From assembly GCA_963676565.1 (NCBI GenBank), contig OY781089.1, forward strand, positions 3,040,001 to 3,104,000: a stretch of 64,000 bases of DNA. The letters are read 5' to 3'. A model generated the notes under the pieces. That model did not search any database, was not told the DNA's origin, and worked only from the letters and a program-made list of their open reading frames with translations. Positions within the stretch are counted from its first letter, which is position 1. The number at the start of each line of letters is the position of its first letter. This document shows positions 1 to 10,861 of the stretch, one piece after another. A program made the translations under genes and the position numbers. Origin of the DNA: Halarcobacter sp. (GTDB lineage: Bacteria; Campylobacterota; Campylobacteria; Campylobacterales; Arcobacteraceae).

Positions 1-420
1 TTGTGCATAAGAATAAGCTAATTCAATAATATTTAAATCATCTCTTTGAATATTTTCAATTAAAGCTAATTCTCTTAATTTGAACTCTTCAATATCAATA
101 ATAATTGCTTTAATTGTATCAAGATTTGCTAGTTTATGTGCCTTTAATCTTCGCTCACCTGCAATTAAAATATAACCATCAGCTTTATCTTTAATTACTG
201 TAACAGGTTGAAGTAAACCATGAGATAATATTGAATCAGAAAGTTCTTTTAACTTTTCTTCATCAAATATTTTTCTTGGTTGATTAGGATTGGGTTTAAT
301 TTGATTAATATCTAATTTAATAATTTTATTATTGTCATTTGATTTATCATAATTATTTGAGTTGTTGTAAGCTGTTTCAACTTCACCTAAAAGTTCCCCA
401 AGTCCTCTACCTAATGCCAT
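1..420 (-). CDS. parB: ParB/Spo0J chromosome partitioning protein, 5' part (runs off the window edge)
   Basis: Manual translation from ATG at 420 gives MALGRGLGELLGEVE...PNPNQPRKIF...GLLQPVTV...LIAGERRLKA; it lies directly after parA. Confidence 0.93.
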   Translation of the reverse strand, partial: MALGRGLGELLGEVETAYNNSNNYDKSNDNNKIIKLDINQIKPNPNQPRKIFDEEKLKELSDSILSHGLLQPVTVIKDKADGYILIAGERRLKAHKLANLDTIKAIIIDIEEFKLRELALIENIQRDDLNIIELAYSYAQ

Positions 421-440
421 AATCTATCCTATTTTTAAAA

Positions 441-1217
441 TTAACCTGCAATAGCTCTTGCTAAATTTGTATATGCTTTCGTACCAACTGCCATTGAATC
501 ATATAACATAATTGGTTTACCAAAACTTGGCGATTCTGCAAGCTTGATATTTCGTGGAATAACAACATATGATGATTCATCAACCTTAAATAGTTTACTT
601 TCAAAGTGTTGTGCTAAATCAGCAAATACTTGTTTAGACAAGTTGTTTTGAGAAGAATACATAGTTGGTAAAAAACCTCTAATTTGTAATCCTCTGTTAA
701 TAGTTTGTTTTACCAATTTAATTGTATTTAATAGTTGTGCTAACCCCTCTAATGCAAAAAATTCACATTGAATTGGAATTAAGACCGAATTTGATGCACT
801 TAATGTATTTATCGTAATAGGTCCAAGTGCTGGAGGTGAATCAATTATAATATAGTCAAAATCTTTTCTAACTGGATCAATTTTTCTTTTTAAAACCAAT
901 TCTCTATCTTGGTTTTGTTTATAGAACTCTTTTTCAATACCAACTAAGCCAATATTTGAAGGCGCAACTTTTAGATTTTCAATTTCGCTATCAAGTATAA
1001 TTTCAGACAATTCTTTTGTCCCTAACATTACATGATAGATATTGTACTCGTAAGTATCTCTATGGAAACCTAGTGAGGTTGTTGCGTTTGCTTGTGGATC
1101 GGCATCAATAAGTAAGACTCTTTTACCATCTAAGGCTAGTGCTGCACTTAAATTTACGGCAGTTGTAGTTTTTCCTACACCACCTTTTTGATTTGCAATT
1201 GCAATTACTTCTGTCAT
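441..1217 (-). CDS. parA: ParA/Soj family ATPase
   Basis: Deviant Walker A NQKGGVGKTT, DADPQAN and LAESPSFG motifs. Confidence 0.95.
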   Translation of the reverse strand: MTEVIAIANQKGGVGKTTTAVNLSAALALDGKRVLLIDADPQANATTSLGFHRDTYEYNIYHVMLGTKELSEIILDSEIENLKVAPSNIGLVGIEKEFYKQNQDRELVLKRKIDPVRKDFDYIIIDSPPALGPITINTLSASNSVLIPIQCEFFALEGLAQLLNTIKLVKQTINRGLQIRGFLPTMYSSQNNLSKQVFADLAQHFESKLFKVDESSYVVIPRNIKLAESPSFGKPIMLYDSMAVGTKAYTNLARAIAG

Positions 1218-1849
1218 CTTAAACTAAAAACCCTTGTGTTATTAATTTCAATAGAACCATCATCATTTAAAATGGCTTTTTTTAAAGAAATTTTATTATT
1301 ATTTATTGTAGCTGTGAAATTTTCGCTTTTTTTGAATTCTATCTTAAATTCCCTAAAAATCTGCTTCCAAGATTGTTCAATTTCTAACTTTTTAAAATAG
1401 TTTTCTAAAGTTTCCTTTATATCAATATTTATATCAAGTTTTCCAAAATCAGAACTAACTTCAATTAAATTTAATCCAATTCCACATAGAACTAAATCTT
1501 TTGTTGCAGTTGTAATAGTTCCACCAATTTTTTTATCATCAATATAAAAGTCATTTGGCCACTTTAACCATAAATTAGAGCCTAAAGAGCTTAAAACTTT
1601 TTTTAAAATAAAAGAAAAATAGATTGAGGCACTTTGAAGTTCTAGATCATTAGGTAAACTTTTTTTCTCTAAAACAAAGGAAAAAAATAGATTTCCCTCT
1701 TTCCCTTGCCAAGAGTTTCCCCTACTTCCTATTCCATTTGTTTGTTTTTTTGTAGTTATACAAAGTGGATAAGTAAAACCTTCCTCTTTGAGTTTGTTTT
1801 TTAAATATGTATGAGTAGAATCTACTTCATCTAAAATAATAATTTCCAT
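1214..1849 (-). CDS. birA: Biotin--[acetyl-CoA-carboxylase] ligase
   Basis: QTNGIGSRGNSW, KWPND and KKIGG motifs; no HTH domain. Confidence 0.93.
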   Translation of the reverse strand: MEIIILDEVDSTHTYLKNKLKEEGFTYPLCITTKKQTNGIGSRGNSWQGKEGNLFFSFVLEKKSLPNDLELQSASIYFSFILKKVLSSLGSNLWLKWPNDFYIDDKKIGGTITTATKDLVLCGIGLNLIEVSSDFGKLDINIDIKETLENYFKKLEIEQSWKQIFREFKIEFKKSENFTATINNNKISLKKAILNDDGSIEINNTRVFSLR

Positions 1850-1887
1850 GTTATATTTTATCTTATAAATCTAAAGGAATAAATAAA

Positions 1888-3255
1888 CTATATAATAATT
1901 GTAAAAAGTGCACCTTTGCATTTTTTATTTTTATAAGTATATTCACAATTTGATACTTCAATAGTACCATTCATATTATTTTCGATAATTTTATTTGTCA
2001 TATAAAGACCAATACCTGTTCCACCTTGATTCTCTTTTGTTGTAAAGTTTTGTTCAAAAATTTTAGGTAAAATATTTTCAGCTATTCCTAATGCATTATC
2101 TTTTATTTGTACAATAACTTTTCCATCAATTTTTTTAGAAGAGATAAATATATATCTTTTTTGATCTTTTGAAATATTTGATACTAAAGCATCATTAGAG
2201 TTTTGAATAATATTTAAAAAAGCTTGTTTCATTTCATTTTCATATCCATAAATCTCTAAAGAATCATCAAAATCTTTTATAACTTCAATATATTCACTTA
2301 ATAATGAAGCCTCAACAATAGAAAGACTCTGTTCAATATTTTGTTTTAAGTTAAAAAAGTTTTTAGATTTATCTTTTTTATAAAAATTTCTAAAATCATC
2401 AATTGTTTGAGATAAATGTTTTGTAGTTTTAACAATATTATCTAAACTATTTTTTGCATTTTTTTTATTAAAATTACCCATTTCTATATAAAGATTTAGA
2501 CCACTTGCAATTGTACTAATAGCACTTAATGGCTGTCTCCATTGATGGGCAATATTCCCAATCATTTCTCCTACAAATGCTAATTTACTCTGATGATAAA
2601 TAATTGCTGATTTTTTTTCACTTTCAATCACTTCCTCTTGAATTCTTTTTTCTAATTGTTTATTAGCAATTTCAAGTTCTTCATTTACCATTTTCAATTT
2701 TTCAATATCATCTTGAGCTTTTGAAATAGAAAGAGCAATAAAAGAACTAACCATTGAAATCACTTCTTTATCTTTGTCGTTAAAAGGTACAAGCTCATTA
2801 TCTTTAGATTTATTAAGAAGTTGTAAAACTCCTAGTTTTTTATTTTCTATGGGATGGACAATTGGTGCAGTAATAATTGATTTTGTTCTGTAATTAAAAC
2901 GTTTATCAAACTCTTTAACTCCTAAAAAATCAAATTCTTTTTCTTCATAAACATCATCAATGGCTATAATTTTATTTGAAATAAATGATTTTACTGCTAA
3001 ATACTTTTCTTGTTCAGTTAAAGAAAGTTTGACATCTTTTAAAGAATAAAATTGTCTATAGATGTTTTCATAAGACATGGCATCATTTTGAAAAACATTA
3101 AAAGATAAATAATCTCCTTCGATTATATATATACTTCCTGCTTCAGAATTTAATACAGATCTTGCATGCTTTAATATTTTATGTAATAAAACATCAAAAT
3201 CATTTAATTTAAAAAGACTAGGATCATATATATCAGAAATATTTTTTTCTTTCAT
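1888..3255 (-). CDS. Cytoplasmic GAF-domain sensor histidine kinase
   Basis: GAF motif YRTKSIITAPI...LGVLQLLNK, H-box AHQWRQPL, GTGIGL G-box. Confidence 0.88.
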   Translation of the reverse strand: MKEKNISDIYDPSLFKLNDFDVLLHKILKHARSVLNSEAGSIYIIEGDYLSFNVFQNDAMSYENIYRQFYSLKDVKLSLTEQEKYLAVKSFISNKIIAIDDVYEEKEFDFLGVKEFDKRFNYRTKSIITAPIVHPIENKKLGVLQLLNKSKDNELVPFNDKDKEVISMVSSFIALSISKAQDDIEKLKMVNEELEIANKQLEKRIQEEVIESEKKSAIIYHQSKLAFVGEMIGNIAHQWRQPLSAISTIASGLNLYIEMGNFNKKNAKNSLDNIVKTTKHLSQTIDDFRNFYKKDKSKNFFNLKQNIEQSLSIVEASLLSEYIEVIKDFDDSLEIYGYENEMKQAFLNIIQNSNDALVSNISKDQKRYIFISSKKIDGKVIVQIKDNALGIAENILPKIFEQNFTTKENQGGTGIGLYMTNKIIENNMNGTIEVSNCEYTYKNKKCKGALFTIII

Positions 3256-3294
3256 AGTTTCACTTAAAATAATTTTAAATCATTATATCAAAGA

Positions 3295-4215
3295 TTATTT
3301 TAAAATGTCACCGATTTCTAATCTCTTACCTCTTATGTAGTCTGTAGCATTAACTGCTTTTTTAGATGGAGCTTGTAAAGTTTTTACTTCTAAAGAGCCA
3401 GTTTTACAGCCTATAAGTATAGAATTATTTTTGATATCTAGAATTTGACCCTCTTTATTTGAAGATGAATTCTCAAATATAGTAATATCTTTTAGTTTTA
3501 AACCTGAACTTAGAAAAACACCTGGCCAAAAAGAATAAGCTTTATATTTTAGATGAAGTTTTTTTGCACTTACAAAATCAACTTCACCATCCTCTTTTTT
3601 TATTTTTTTACAAAAGCTTACTTCTGATTCATTTTGTTTTTTTGGTTTTATATTTTCAAAATTATTTAATGTAGTTATTGTTAATTTTGCAGCTATTTCA
3701 GATAACTTATTAAAAGCTTCAACTACATCCATTGTTGGAGTAATTTTAAGATACTGTAAACCTAAAATATCTCCTGAATCAAGTCCCTCTTCCATTAGCA
3801 TTGAAGTAACACCTGTAAATTCATCATCATTTAATAATGATTCTTGAATAGGACTAGCTCCTCTGTATTTAGGTAATAAAGAAGCATGAAGATTTATACA
3901 TGGAGCAATAGCTAAAATATCTTTTGGTAAAATTTGTCCATAGGCTGCAACAATTATAAAATCAGGTTTTAAATTTTCTATTTGTTTTTTTGCATCTTCA
4001 TTTCCCCTTAATCTTTCAGGTTGATAAATAGGGATACCAAGATTTTTGTCTAAGCAAAACTGTTTTATATGAGGAGCTGTTATAACTTGTTTTCTACCAA
4101 CTGGTTTATCTGGTTGAGTAAATAATCCTACTATTTCATATGAACTATTTAAAATCTCTTCAAAGATTTTTGTAGCATAATCAGGTGTTCCCATAAATAA
4201 GATTTTTTTACTCAT
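3295..4215 (-). CDS. fmt: Methionyl-tRNA formyltransferase
   Basis: FMGTPDYA, TQPDKPVGR and NLHASLLPKYRGASPI motifs. Confidence 0.97.
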   Translation of the reverse strand: MSKKILFMGTPDYATKIFEEILNSSYEIVGLFTQPDKPVGRKQVITAPHIKQFCLDKNLGIPIYQPERLRGNEDAKKQIENLKPDFIIVAAYGQILPKDILAIAPCINLHASLLPKYRGASPIQESLLNDDEFTGVTSMLMEEGLDSGDILGLQYLKITPTMDVVEAFNKLSEIAAKLTITTLNNFENIKPKKQNESEVSFCKKIKKEDGEVDFVSAKKLHLKYKAYSFWPGVFLSSGLKLKDITIFENSSSNKEGQILDIKNNSILIGCKTGSLEVKTLQAPSKKAVNATDYIRGKRLEIGDILK

Positions 4216-4241
4216 ATTAGTTCCTTTATTAAATGTTTAAT

Positions 4242-5042
4242 CTAATTTTTTTTTGGTAAGAAAAGTGTGCCGCTTTTATGATTCTCTTCACAAAAATATT
4301 CATATGCATTAGTTAAATCAAACCCAGATGTTAAATACATAGATTTTCCTTTTTTCATAAGAAAATCTGCTGCTTTTAATTTTGTAGCAATTCCACCTGT
4401 AGCAAATTCTGTATTAGGTGTATGAACTGCGTTTACCATCTCATCACTAATATAATCTACTTCTTTTAATAAAACTGCATCATCAAATTGATGTGGATGT
4501 TTATTGTAATATCCATCAATATCAGTTAAAATAGCTAACATATCTGCTTCAAAAAAATGAGTAACGTGGGCTGCTAATTGATCATTGTCACCAAATAAAA
4601 GTTCATCTGTCGCTGTTACATCATTTTCATTTATAATTGGTAAAACATTGTTTTTTAATAAAACTTCAATTGCACCTTTTGCATAAGCAGTTCTTTTTCT
4701 AGAATCAAAGTCATCTGCTATTAAAAGCATTTGCGCACATATAATATTATGTTCTCTAAACTCTTTTTTATAATGTTTTAATAAAAGGGGTTGTCCAATA
4801 GCAGCTAAAGCTTGTCTATTTTCAATTTTATGTTTATTTAATTGTAAAGAGGTAAATCCAGCTGCAACTGCACCAGAACTAACTAATATAACCTCCACTC
4901 CCTTTTTGTTTTTTAATTTAGAAATAAAATCTACCAGATTTTTTAATCTTTGTGTTGCAAGTTTTCCATCTTCAGTTAAAACAGCACTTCCAACTTTAAT
5001 TACCAATCTTTTATATGATGGCATGGTTGCATTATTTTCCAT
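4242..5042 (-). CDS. proB: Glutamate 5-kinase (no PUA domain)
   Basis: VIKVGS, VSSGAVAAG, PIINEND, GDND and TGG motifs. Confidence 0.95.
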   Translation of the reverse strand: MENNATMPSYKRLVIKVGSAVLTEDGKLATQRLKNLVDFISKLKNKKGVEVILVSSGAVAAGFTSLQLNKHKIENRQALAAIGQPLLLKHYKKEFREHNIICAQMLLIADDFDSRKRTAYAKGAIEVLLKNNVLPIINENDVTATDELLFGDNDQLAAHVTHFFEADMLAILTDIDGYYNKHPHQFDDAVLLKEVDYISDEMVNAVHTPNTEFATGGIATKLKAADFLMKKGKSMYLTSGFDLTNAYEYFCEENHKSGTLFLPKKN

Positions 5043-5043
5043 T

Positions 5044-6135
5044 TTATTTATTTTGTCCTATTAATTCATATAAAGCAAATCTAATTGCATTTGTGTTTAA
5101 ATGAGTTACTGATGAGATTGGTAATACAAAAAATGGTTTTTGTTCATCAAATTTGTTAAAAGTTAAATCTTGTACATAATATGGTAATGATTTATTAAAA
5201 CCATATTCATTTGAAGAACTCACTTCAAGCCCAATATCTTCAATAAACGTTTTAATATCACCTTCTAAGTCCTCGCCATAATAAGCATCAACTTTTGTCA
5301 AGGCAATAGCAAAATTTCTTCCACTAAGTTCAGTTGAGAATTTTTTAACCTCTTCTTTTAAAACTTCATATTGCTCTATAGTTGTTCTATAATTTGCAAT
5401 ATCAATCATAAAAAGTAAAGTTTTTGTTCTCTCAATATGTTTTAAAAACTCTAAACCTAAACCTCTTCCCTCTGATGCTCCATCAATAATTCCAGGAATA
5501 TCAGCCATAACAAATGAGTTAAAATCACCAACTTCAACTACACCTAATTTTGGAGTAATAGTTGTAAATTCATAATTTGCAATCTCTGGACTTGCATTTG
5601 ATGAAGTTGAAATAAGTGTAGATTTTCCTACATTTGGATATCCAACTAGACCTACATCAGCAATAAGTTTTAATTCTAGTCTAATCTCAAGACTTTGTCC
5701 AGGAAGTCCAGGTTGACAATAAGTTGGTCTTTGGTTACTTGCATTTTTAAAGTGAGTATTACCTAAACCACCCTTTCCTCCTTCTAGAAGTAGTTCTTTT
5801 TGTCCCTCTTCTAAAAGATCTAATAAAATTTCACCTGTTTGGTTATCTATAACTTGAGTTCCAGGGGGTACAACTAAAACTAATGGTTCAGCTGATTTAC
5901 CAGTTTTATTTCTACCTTCACCTTGTTTTCCATTATTTGCTTTAATTACAGCTCTACCCTTGTACCAAGATAAGGTATCAGTATTGTTGTCTACTTGGAA
6001 GTAAACATCTCCACCTTTTCCACCATCTCCTCCATCAGGTCCACCTTTAATTACAAACTTTTCTCTTCTAAATGAGGCACAACCTTGTCCACCTTTTCCT
6101 GATGAAACGGTAAATTTAACGCTATCTATAAACAC
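5044..6135 (-). CDS. obgE: GTPase ObgE/CgtA
   Basis: Gly-rich Obg fold, GYPNVGKST and DIPG motifs; GTG start. Confidence 0.97.
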   Translation of the reverse strand: MFIDSVKFTVSSGKGGQGCASFRREKFVIKGGPDGGDGGKGGDVYFQVDNNTDTLSWYKGRAVIKANNGKQGEGRNKTGKSAEPLVLVVPPGTQVIDNQTGEILLDLLEEGQKELLLEGGKGGLGNTHFKNASNQRPTYCQPGLPGQSLEIRLELKLIADVGLVGYPNVGKSTLISTSSNASPEIANYEFTTITPKLGVVEVGDFNSFVMADIPGIIDGASEGRGLGLEFLKHIERTKTLLFMIDIANYRTTIEQYEVLKEEVKKFSTELSGRNFAIALTKVDAYYGEDLEGDIKTFIEDIGLEVSSSNEYGFNKSLPYYVQDLTFNKFDEQKPFFVLPISSVTHLNTNAIRFALYELIGQNK

Positions 6136-6280
6136 TATTTTTTCCTTATTAATGTCCTATCTTCTTTCTTTAATGAAATCAAATTCCATTTTAAGAAGCC
6201 TAAATGTTTCTCTTTATGAGAAAACCTAAATTATCAATAATCAAATATCTATTTAATATTTCATTATTAATAATTACTAA

Positions 6281-6313
6281 AAAAGGGTGTAGGCAAAAGC
6301 ACTACACCCTTTT
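6281..6313 (-). terminator. Intrinsic terminator after rplU-rpmA
   Basis: AAAAGGGTGTAG-loop-CTACACCCTTTT inverted repeat with flanking A/T runs. Confidence 0.8.
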
Positions 6314-6336
6314 TAAAATTAAACCTGTATGAGAAA

Positions 6337-6591
6337 TTATGAAGCGTATACAGATACTTTTTTTCTATCTTTGTCTTTTACTTCAAATTTTACAACACCA
6401 TCAATTAGTGCGTAAATAGTGTGGTCTTTTCCAATTCCTACGTTTTCTCCACAGTGTACTTTTGTACCTCTTTGTCTAATGATGATATTTCCAGCTCTAA
6501 CTGTTTCACCACCAAACTTTTTAACACCAAGTCTTTTTCCAGCTGAATCTCTATTATTCTGAGTAGATCCTTGACCTTTCTTGTGAGCCAT
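6337..6591 (-). CDS. rpmA: 50S ribosomal protein L27
   Basis: [16 protein letters not shown]...RQRGTK. Confidence 0.98.
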   Translation of the reverse strand: MAHKKGQGSTQNNRDSAGKRLGVKKFGGETVRAGNIIIRQRGTKVHCGENVGIGKDHTIYALIDGVVKFEVKDKDRKKVSVYAS

Positions 6592-6608
6592 ACTTTATCT
6601 CCTTAAAC

Positions 6609-6926
6609 TTATGCAGCGATTTTAGTAATTCTAACTTTTGTGAAGCTTCTTCTGAAACCTCTTTTTAATTTAGAATCTTTTCTTCTTCTTTTTTTGTAAA
6701 TGATAACTTTTTTATCTCTATTTACACCAGTTCCATCTAAAACAACTTCAGCTTCTACTTTTGCAGTAGATACAGCATCACCAGTTTTTAACTCACCATC
6801 GTTTATTGCTAAAACATCAGTGATTTCTAAAGTTTCTTTAGCAGCTTTACCAGTATAATCAATATCTAAAATATCACCCTCAGATACTTTGTACTGCTTA
6901 CCACCACACTTAATAATTGCGTACAT
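6609..6926 (-). CDS. rplU: 50S ribosomal protein L21
   Basis: [14 protein letters not shown]; adjacent to rpmA. Confidence 0.98.
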   Translation of the reverse strand: MYAIIKCGGKQYKVSEGDILDIDYTGKAAKETLEITDVLAINDGELKTGDAVSTAKVEAEVVLDGTGVNRDKKVIIYKKRRRKDSKLKRGFRRSFTKVRITKIAA

Positions 6927-7044
6927 ATTTCAATCCTCTAATTTATCAATCTTTTTTACTATAACTTTTAACGGGACGAAATATTATCTAATATTAGTTT
7001 AAAGTTTCTTTAAGCCAATATATTGAATCAATAGTATTTTATAT

Positions 7045-7428
7045 TTATCTAAAATCAATTGGCAAGGCAATTGCATCCATAACTACCATTGAACCCATTG
7101 GTAGCCTTCTTGCTTCAACAGTTGTTCTTGCTGGTTTATGATCTCCAAAAGCTTCTGCAAATAATACATTTACAATACCAAAATCATCCATATTCTCTAA
7201 ATGAACATTAACTTTTATAACTTTGTCCATTGAACTTTCAGAATCTTCAAGTAAGTTTTTTAAGTTTTCTAATACTTGTCTAGTTTGTATTTTTATATCT
7301 CTTACAACTATCTCACCATCTTGTGTTAAAGGTATCTGTGCAGATGTGTAGATAAATCCATTTGCTCTAATTGCTTGTGAGTATGGTCCAATTGCTTCTG
7401 GTAACTTACTACTTTCTAAAAATTCCAT
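7045..7428 (-). CDS. RidA/YjgF family enamine deaminase
   Basis: AIGPYSQA and PARTTV motifs. Confidence 0.9.
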   Translation of the reverse strand: MEFLESSKLPEAIGPYSQAIRANGFIYTSAQIPLTQDGEIVVRDIKIQTRQVLENLKNLLEDSESSMDKVIKVNVHLENMDDFGIVNVLFAEAFGDHKPARTTVEARRLPMGSMVVMDAIALPIDFR

Positions 7429-7540
7429 TTTTTCTCCCTAAGAATTGCCCTTTTTTAAGGGCGCCCCTAAATTAATTATTTTTTAACAAATGAAAGAACT
7501 TCTTCTTTCTTGCTTAAGTTGATGAATTTTACAAAAATAA

Positions 7541-9178
7541 TTATAAATTATAACTTACTAATTTACCTAATTTTAATTGATATATATTATCTTTTATTTT
7601 TCTTAGCATTGTTGCTTTTTCCCTAAAAGCTAAAGTTTGATCATATTGAATATTTCTTAATTTATTTGTATAAAACTTCAATAATAACACTAACAACTCA
7701 CTATTTAATCTTTCATCGTCATAAACTTCTAATTTATCATTTATTAAAATTCCATTAAAACTTTGATTTTTGATATCTGTAATTAATAATTCAAATTCAT
7801 TTCTATGATACTCAAACATTGATGCATCAACTAAATCTAAAACTTTGTCTAATCTACTTGGTTTTTCTAAAATTGTTTTTATTATACATAGTTCAGCAAT
7901 ATCTATTTTTGTTAAATTAACTTCCGTTGGTCTTACATTATCAGTTGTAGTTTTTATTAAAGTTTCCCTTACATTTAATCTTTGAGCTAAATATCTTTTG
8001 TATTCATCTTGGTAAATTATCCCCAATGATTTTAGATAATCATTTGCTTCTAAGAGTGCTTTTTGCTTAGAACTTGGATTATTTATATCATATTTTGAAA
8101 TTATATAATCTATTGCAAAAGGAATAAATGGCTTTGGATTATCAAATATTTTATTTAACTCTTCAACTTTTCCATCATTTACCATATCAGCTGGATCTTT
8201 ACCTTCACCAAAGATAACAACACCACCTTCAAAATCACCTTGAGAAAGCATAACTGAAGCCTTAAATGCTGCATTTAAACCAGCATTATCACCATCATAG
8301 GCAAGAATAACCTTTGGTTCTCCCCTTCTAATTAAAGGTAAATGTTCTTTGGTTAAAGCAGTTCCAAGGGTTGCAACAGCAGTTGTAAAACCTGCTTGAT
8401 GAAGCATAATAACATCTAAATATCCTTCAGTTACAATAATTCTGTTTCTTTTGTATATATGCTCTTTTGCAAGGTTATATCCATATAAAAGTTTTGATTT
8501 ATTAAATATTTTTGTTTGGGGTGAATTTACATATTTAGCATTATGCCCTGTAATTGTTCTTCCACCAAAACCAACTATTTTTCCACTTTGTGAATATATA
8601 GGAAAAGTAATTCTTTCTATGAATCTAGAATATAAACCATTTTGTCCAGTATCAATAACACCTAACTCTTTTGCATCTGCAAGATTAAAATAATTGCTTT
8701 TTAAAAAATTGATTGTATCATTTGAACTTGGAGCATATCCTATTTCAAATTTTTCTATTGAAAACTCTGAGATTCCTCTTTTTTTAATATACTCTTTTGC
8801 AATATCATTGCTAACAAAAAGTTTTTGATAAAATTTATTAACCTCTTCTAATACTTTTAAATCTTGCTTTTTCTGATTTGATTCATCATAACTTAGGGTA
8901 AAATTATACATTGAAGCCAATTTTTCAATTGCTTCAGGGAAAGATAGTTTTTCATATTCCATAACAAAACTAATGGCATTATTCCCACCTGCACCACAAC
9001 CAAAACAGTGATAAATCTGTTTTGCAGGGCTTACGACAAAAGAGGGAGTATCTTCTCCATGAAAGGGGCAACAAGCTTTAAAATTTGCACCACTTTTTTT
9101 TAATTCTACATATTGGGAAATAACATCTACAATATCAAGGTGGTTTTTTAAATTTTCTATGGAGTCTTTTGTAATCAT
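7541..9178 (-). CDS. dnaG: DNA primase
   Basis: CPFH...CFGC zinc finger, KYVNSP, EGYLDV and YDGD Toprim motifs. Confidence 0.97.
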   Translation of the reverse strand: MITKDSIENLKNHLDIVDVISQYVELKKSGANFKACCPFHGEDTPSFVVSPAKQIYHCFGCGAGGNNAISFVMEYEKLSFPEAIEKLASMYNFTLSYDESNQKKQDLKVLEEVNKFYQKLFVSNDIAKEYIKKRGISEFSIEKFEIGYAPSSNDTINFLKSNYFNLADAKELGVIDTGQNGLYSRFIERITFPIYSQSGKIVGFGGRTITGHNAKYVNSPQTKIFNKSKLLYGYNLAKEHIYKRNRIIVTEGYLDVIMLHQAGFTTAVATLGTALTKEHLPLIRRGEPKVILAYDGDNAGLNAAFKASVMLSQGDFEGGVVIFGEGKDPADMVNDGKVEELNKIFDNPKPFIPFAIDYIISKYDINNPSSKQKALLEANDYLKSLGIIYQDEYKRYLAQRLNVRETLIKTTTDNVRPTEVNLTKIDIAELCIIKTILEKPSRLDKVLDLVDASMFEYHRNEFELLITDIKNQSFNGILINDKLEVYDDERLNSELLVLLLKFYTNKLRNIQYDQTLAFREKATMLRKIKDNIYQLKLGKLVSYNL

Positions 9179-9254
9179 AGTGAGAATTATACCTTTTTAT
9201 TATTTTATATGCCCTTTTATGTTATATTCTTTCAAATTTAAAATGAGGTTTTTC

Positions 9255-10304
9255 TTGGACAGTATACTCTTAGAATATAGAGATCCACTATTTGGTGTTG
9301 TAGTTCTTTTTGCACTTATTTTTGCAATATCTTTCTTAACTCACTCTTTTTCTATCTATAAAGAGAAAAAGGCTAGAAGAGATTATAAAAAACTTTTAAG
9401 AAGATTTGAGATTGGAAAATTAAAAGAAGAGGATTATGTTCATCTATATAAAACTTATAATCTTCCCTTTGATTCAATTATTCTTTTAGCTTCAACCTTC
9501 TTACAAAAAGGTAATTATAATAAAGCTATATCTGTTTATCTATCACTTTTAGAGATTGTTACAGATAGAGTAAAAAAAGAAGAATTATTAGAATTACTTG
9601 GAACAACATATTTTAAAAGTGGTTTTATGCAAAGAGCAAGGGATATATTTTTAAGAATTTTAAAATTTTCTCCTAGAAATAAAAAAGCCCTTTATCACCT
9701 ACTTATCATTAATGAAAAATTAAAAGAGTATGAAAAAGCAAAAGAGGTTATTGAGTGTTTAGATGAGATTGGTGATGATACAAAAAAAGATAAAGTTTTT
9801 ATTGATACCTTAACCATAATAAATGACCCTTTAGAATCTTTTGAGAAAAAAGGTGAAAAGCTTTATAAAATCTTTAAAGAAAATAATGATGTTCAAAGAC
9901 TTGTTGCAAGCTATTTTATAAGATACAATAAAGAGTTTTTTTGGAATCACTTAGATGAGTTTGAACCAAAAAAATTTACCGACTTAATGTGGTATTTAAA
10001 TTTTGATGATATTGATTTTGAAAAAGTTTCGAAGAATAAGTTCTTAAATGAACTGTATAATGCAAAAGGGTATTTAGACACTCTAGATCATAGTGATGAT
10101 TTTGTATTTGATATTTTAATTGTTTTAAATAAACATGAACATAAAATTCCAGCTACAATTGATTTTGAATTTATTTGTAATTCGTGCAAACAAATACACC
10201 CTATGTTTGATACAAGATGCCCACACTGTCACTCAATTTTAAGTTTTGAAGTAAAACACAATATAGTAAAGGACTTAGTTGAAAGAAATCAATCTTTACA
10301 GTGA
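9255..10304 (+). CDS. TPR membrane protein with C-terminal rubredoxin-like CxxC pair (LapB/YciM-like)
   Basis: N-terminal TM helix, TPR-like helices, CNSC...CPHC; start placed at TTG 9255 after a GAGG RBS rather than 9159. Confidence 0.7.
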   Translation: MDSILLEYRDPLFGVVVLFALIFAISFLTHSFSIYKEKKARRDYKKLLRRFEIGKLKEEDYVHLYKTYNLPFDSIILLASTFLQKGNYNKAISVYLSLLEIVTDRVKKEELLELLGTTYFKSGFMQRARDIFLRILKFSPRNKKALYHLLIINEKLKEYEKAKEVIECLDEIGDDTKKDKVFIDTLTIINDPLESFEKKGEKLYKIFKENNDVQRLVASYFIRYNKEFFWNHLDEFEPKKFTDLMWYLNFDDIDFEKVSKNKFLNELYNAKGYLDTLDHSDDFVFDILIVLNKHEHKIPATIDFEFICNSCKQIHPMFDTRCPHCHSILSFEVKHNIVKDLVERNQSLQ

Positions 10305-10713
10305 TGGCTCTTCTTTAGGAAATCCAGGACCAGGTGGTTGGGGAACTATTTTAGAATATAAAGGAAAAGAAAGAGAACTTTCTGGAGCTGTAGATAATAC
10401 AACAAATAATCAAATGGAATTAAAAGGTGTAATAGAAGGATTAAAAGCTTTAAAAGAACCTTGTGTTGTAAATATTATCTCTGATTCAACTTATGTTGTA
10501 AAAGGGATAAATGAATGGCTTAATTCTTGGATTAGAAATAACTGGAAAACTGCATCAAAAAAACCTGTTAAGAATTTAGAACTTTGGCAGGAGTATGTAG
10601 AAGTTAGTAAATTACATAAAATCAATGCTACTTGGGTAAAAGGTCATGCAGGACATAAACATAATGAAAGATGTGATATACTTGCACGCTCACAAGCAGA
10701 GAGTATAAAGTAA
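10279..10713 (+). CDS. rnhA: Ribonuclease HI
   Basis: SDGSSLGNPGPGGW, TTNNQMEL and WVKGHAGH..NERCD motifs. Confidence 0.97.
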   Translation: MKEINLYSDGSSLGNPGPGGWGTILEYKGKERELSGAVDNTTNNQMELKGVIEGLKALKEPCVVNIISDSTYVVKGINEWLNSWIRNNWKTASKKPVKNLELWQEYVEVSKLHKINATWVKGHAGHKHNERCDILARSQAESIK

Positions 10714-10734
10714 GCTCTATTCATAGAGCTTTTT
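10712..10734 (+). terminator. Hairpin plus T run after rnhA
   Basis: AAGCTCTA-TTCA-TAGAGCTT followed by TTT. Confidence 0.6.
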
Positions 10735-10861
10735 AGGTTTTATCAAAGAGATTAACAAGCACAGGCCTACTTTTAAGTGAATTTTACATTCACTGCTAAA
10801 AAGTAGTAAATATAATTTTTGGTCACTTCGAAAATGGACCATATTAAAGGGAGTAAAAAAG

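Noticed and set aside
6136..6280. Several weak hairpins upstream of obgE
   Set aside because: AT-rich, imperfect stems that could arise by chance; no supporting second copy.
9159..9254. Longer N-terminus for the LapB-like ORF
   Set aside because: It overlaps the dnaG start and the divergent promoter region; TTG 9255 has a better RBS.
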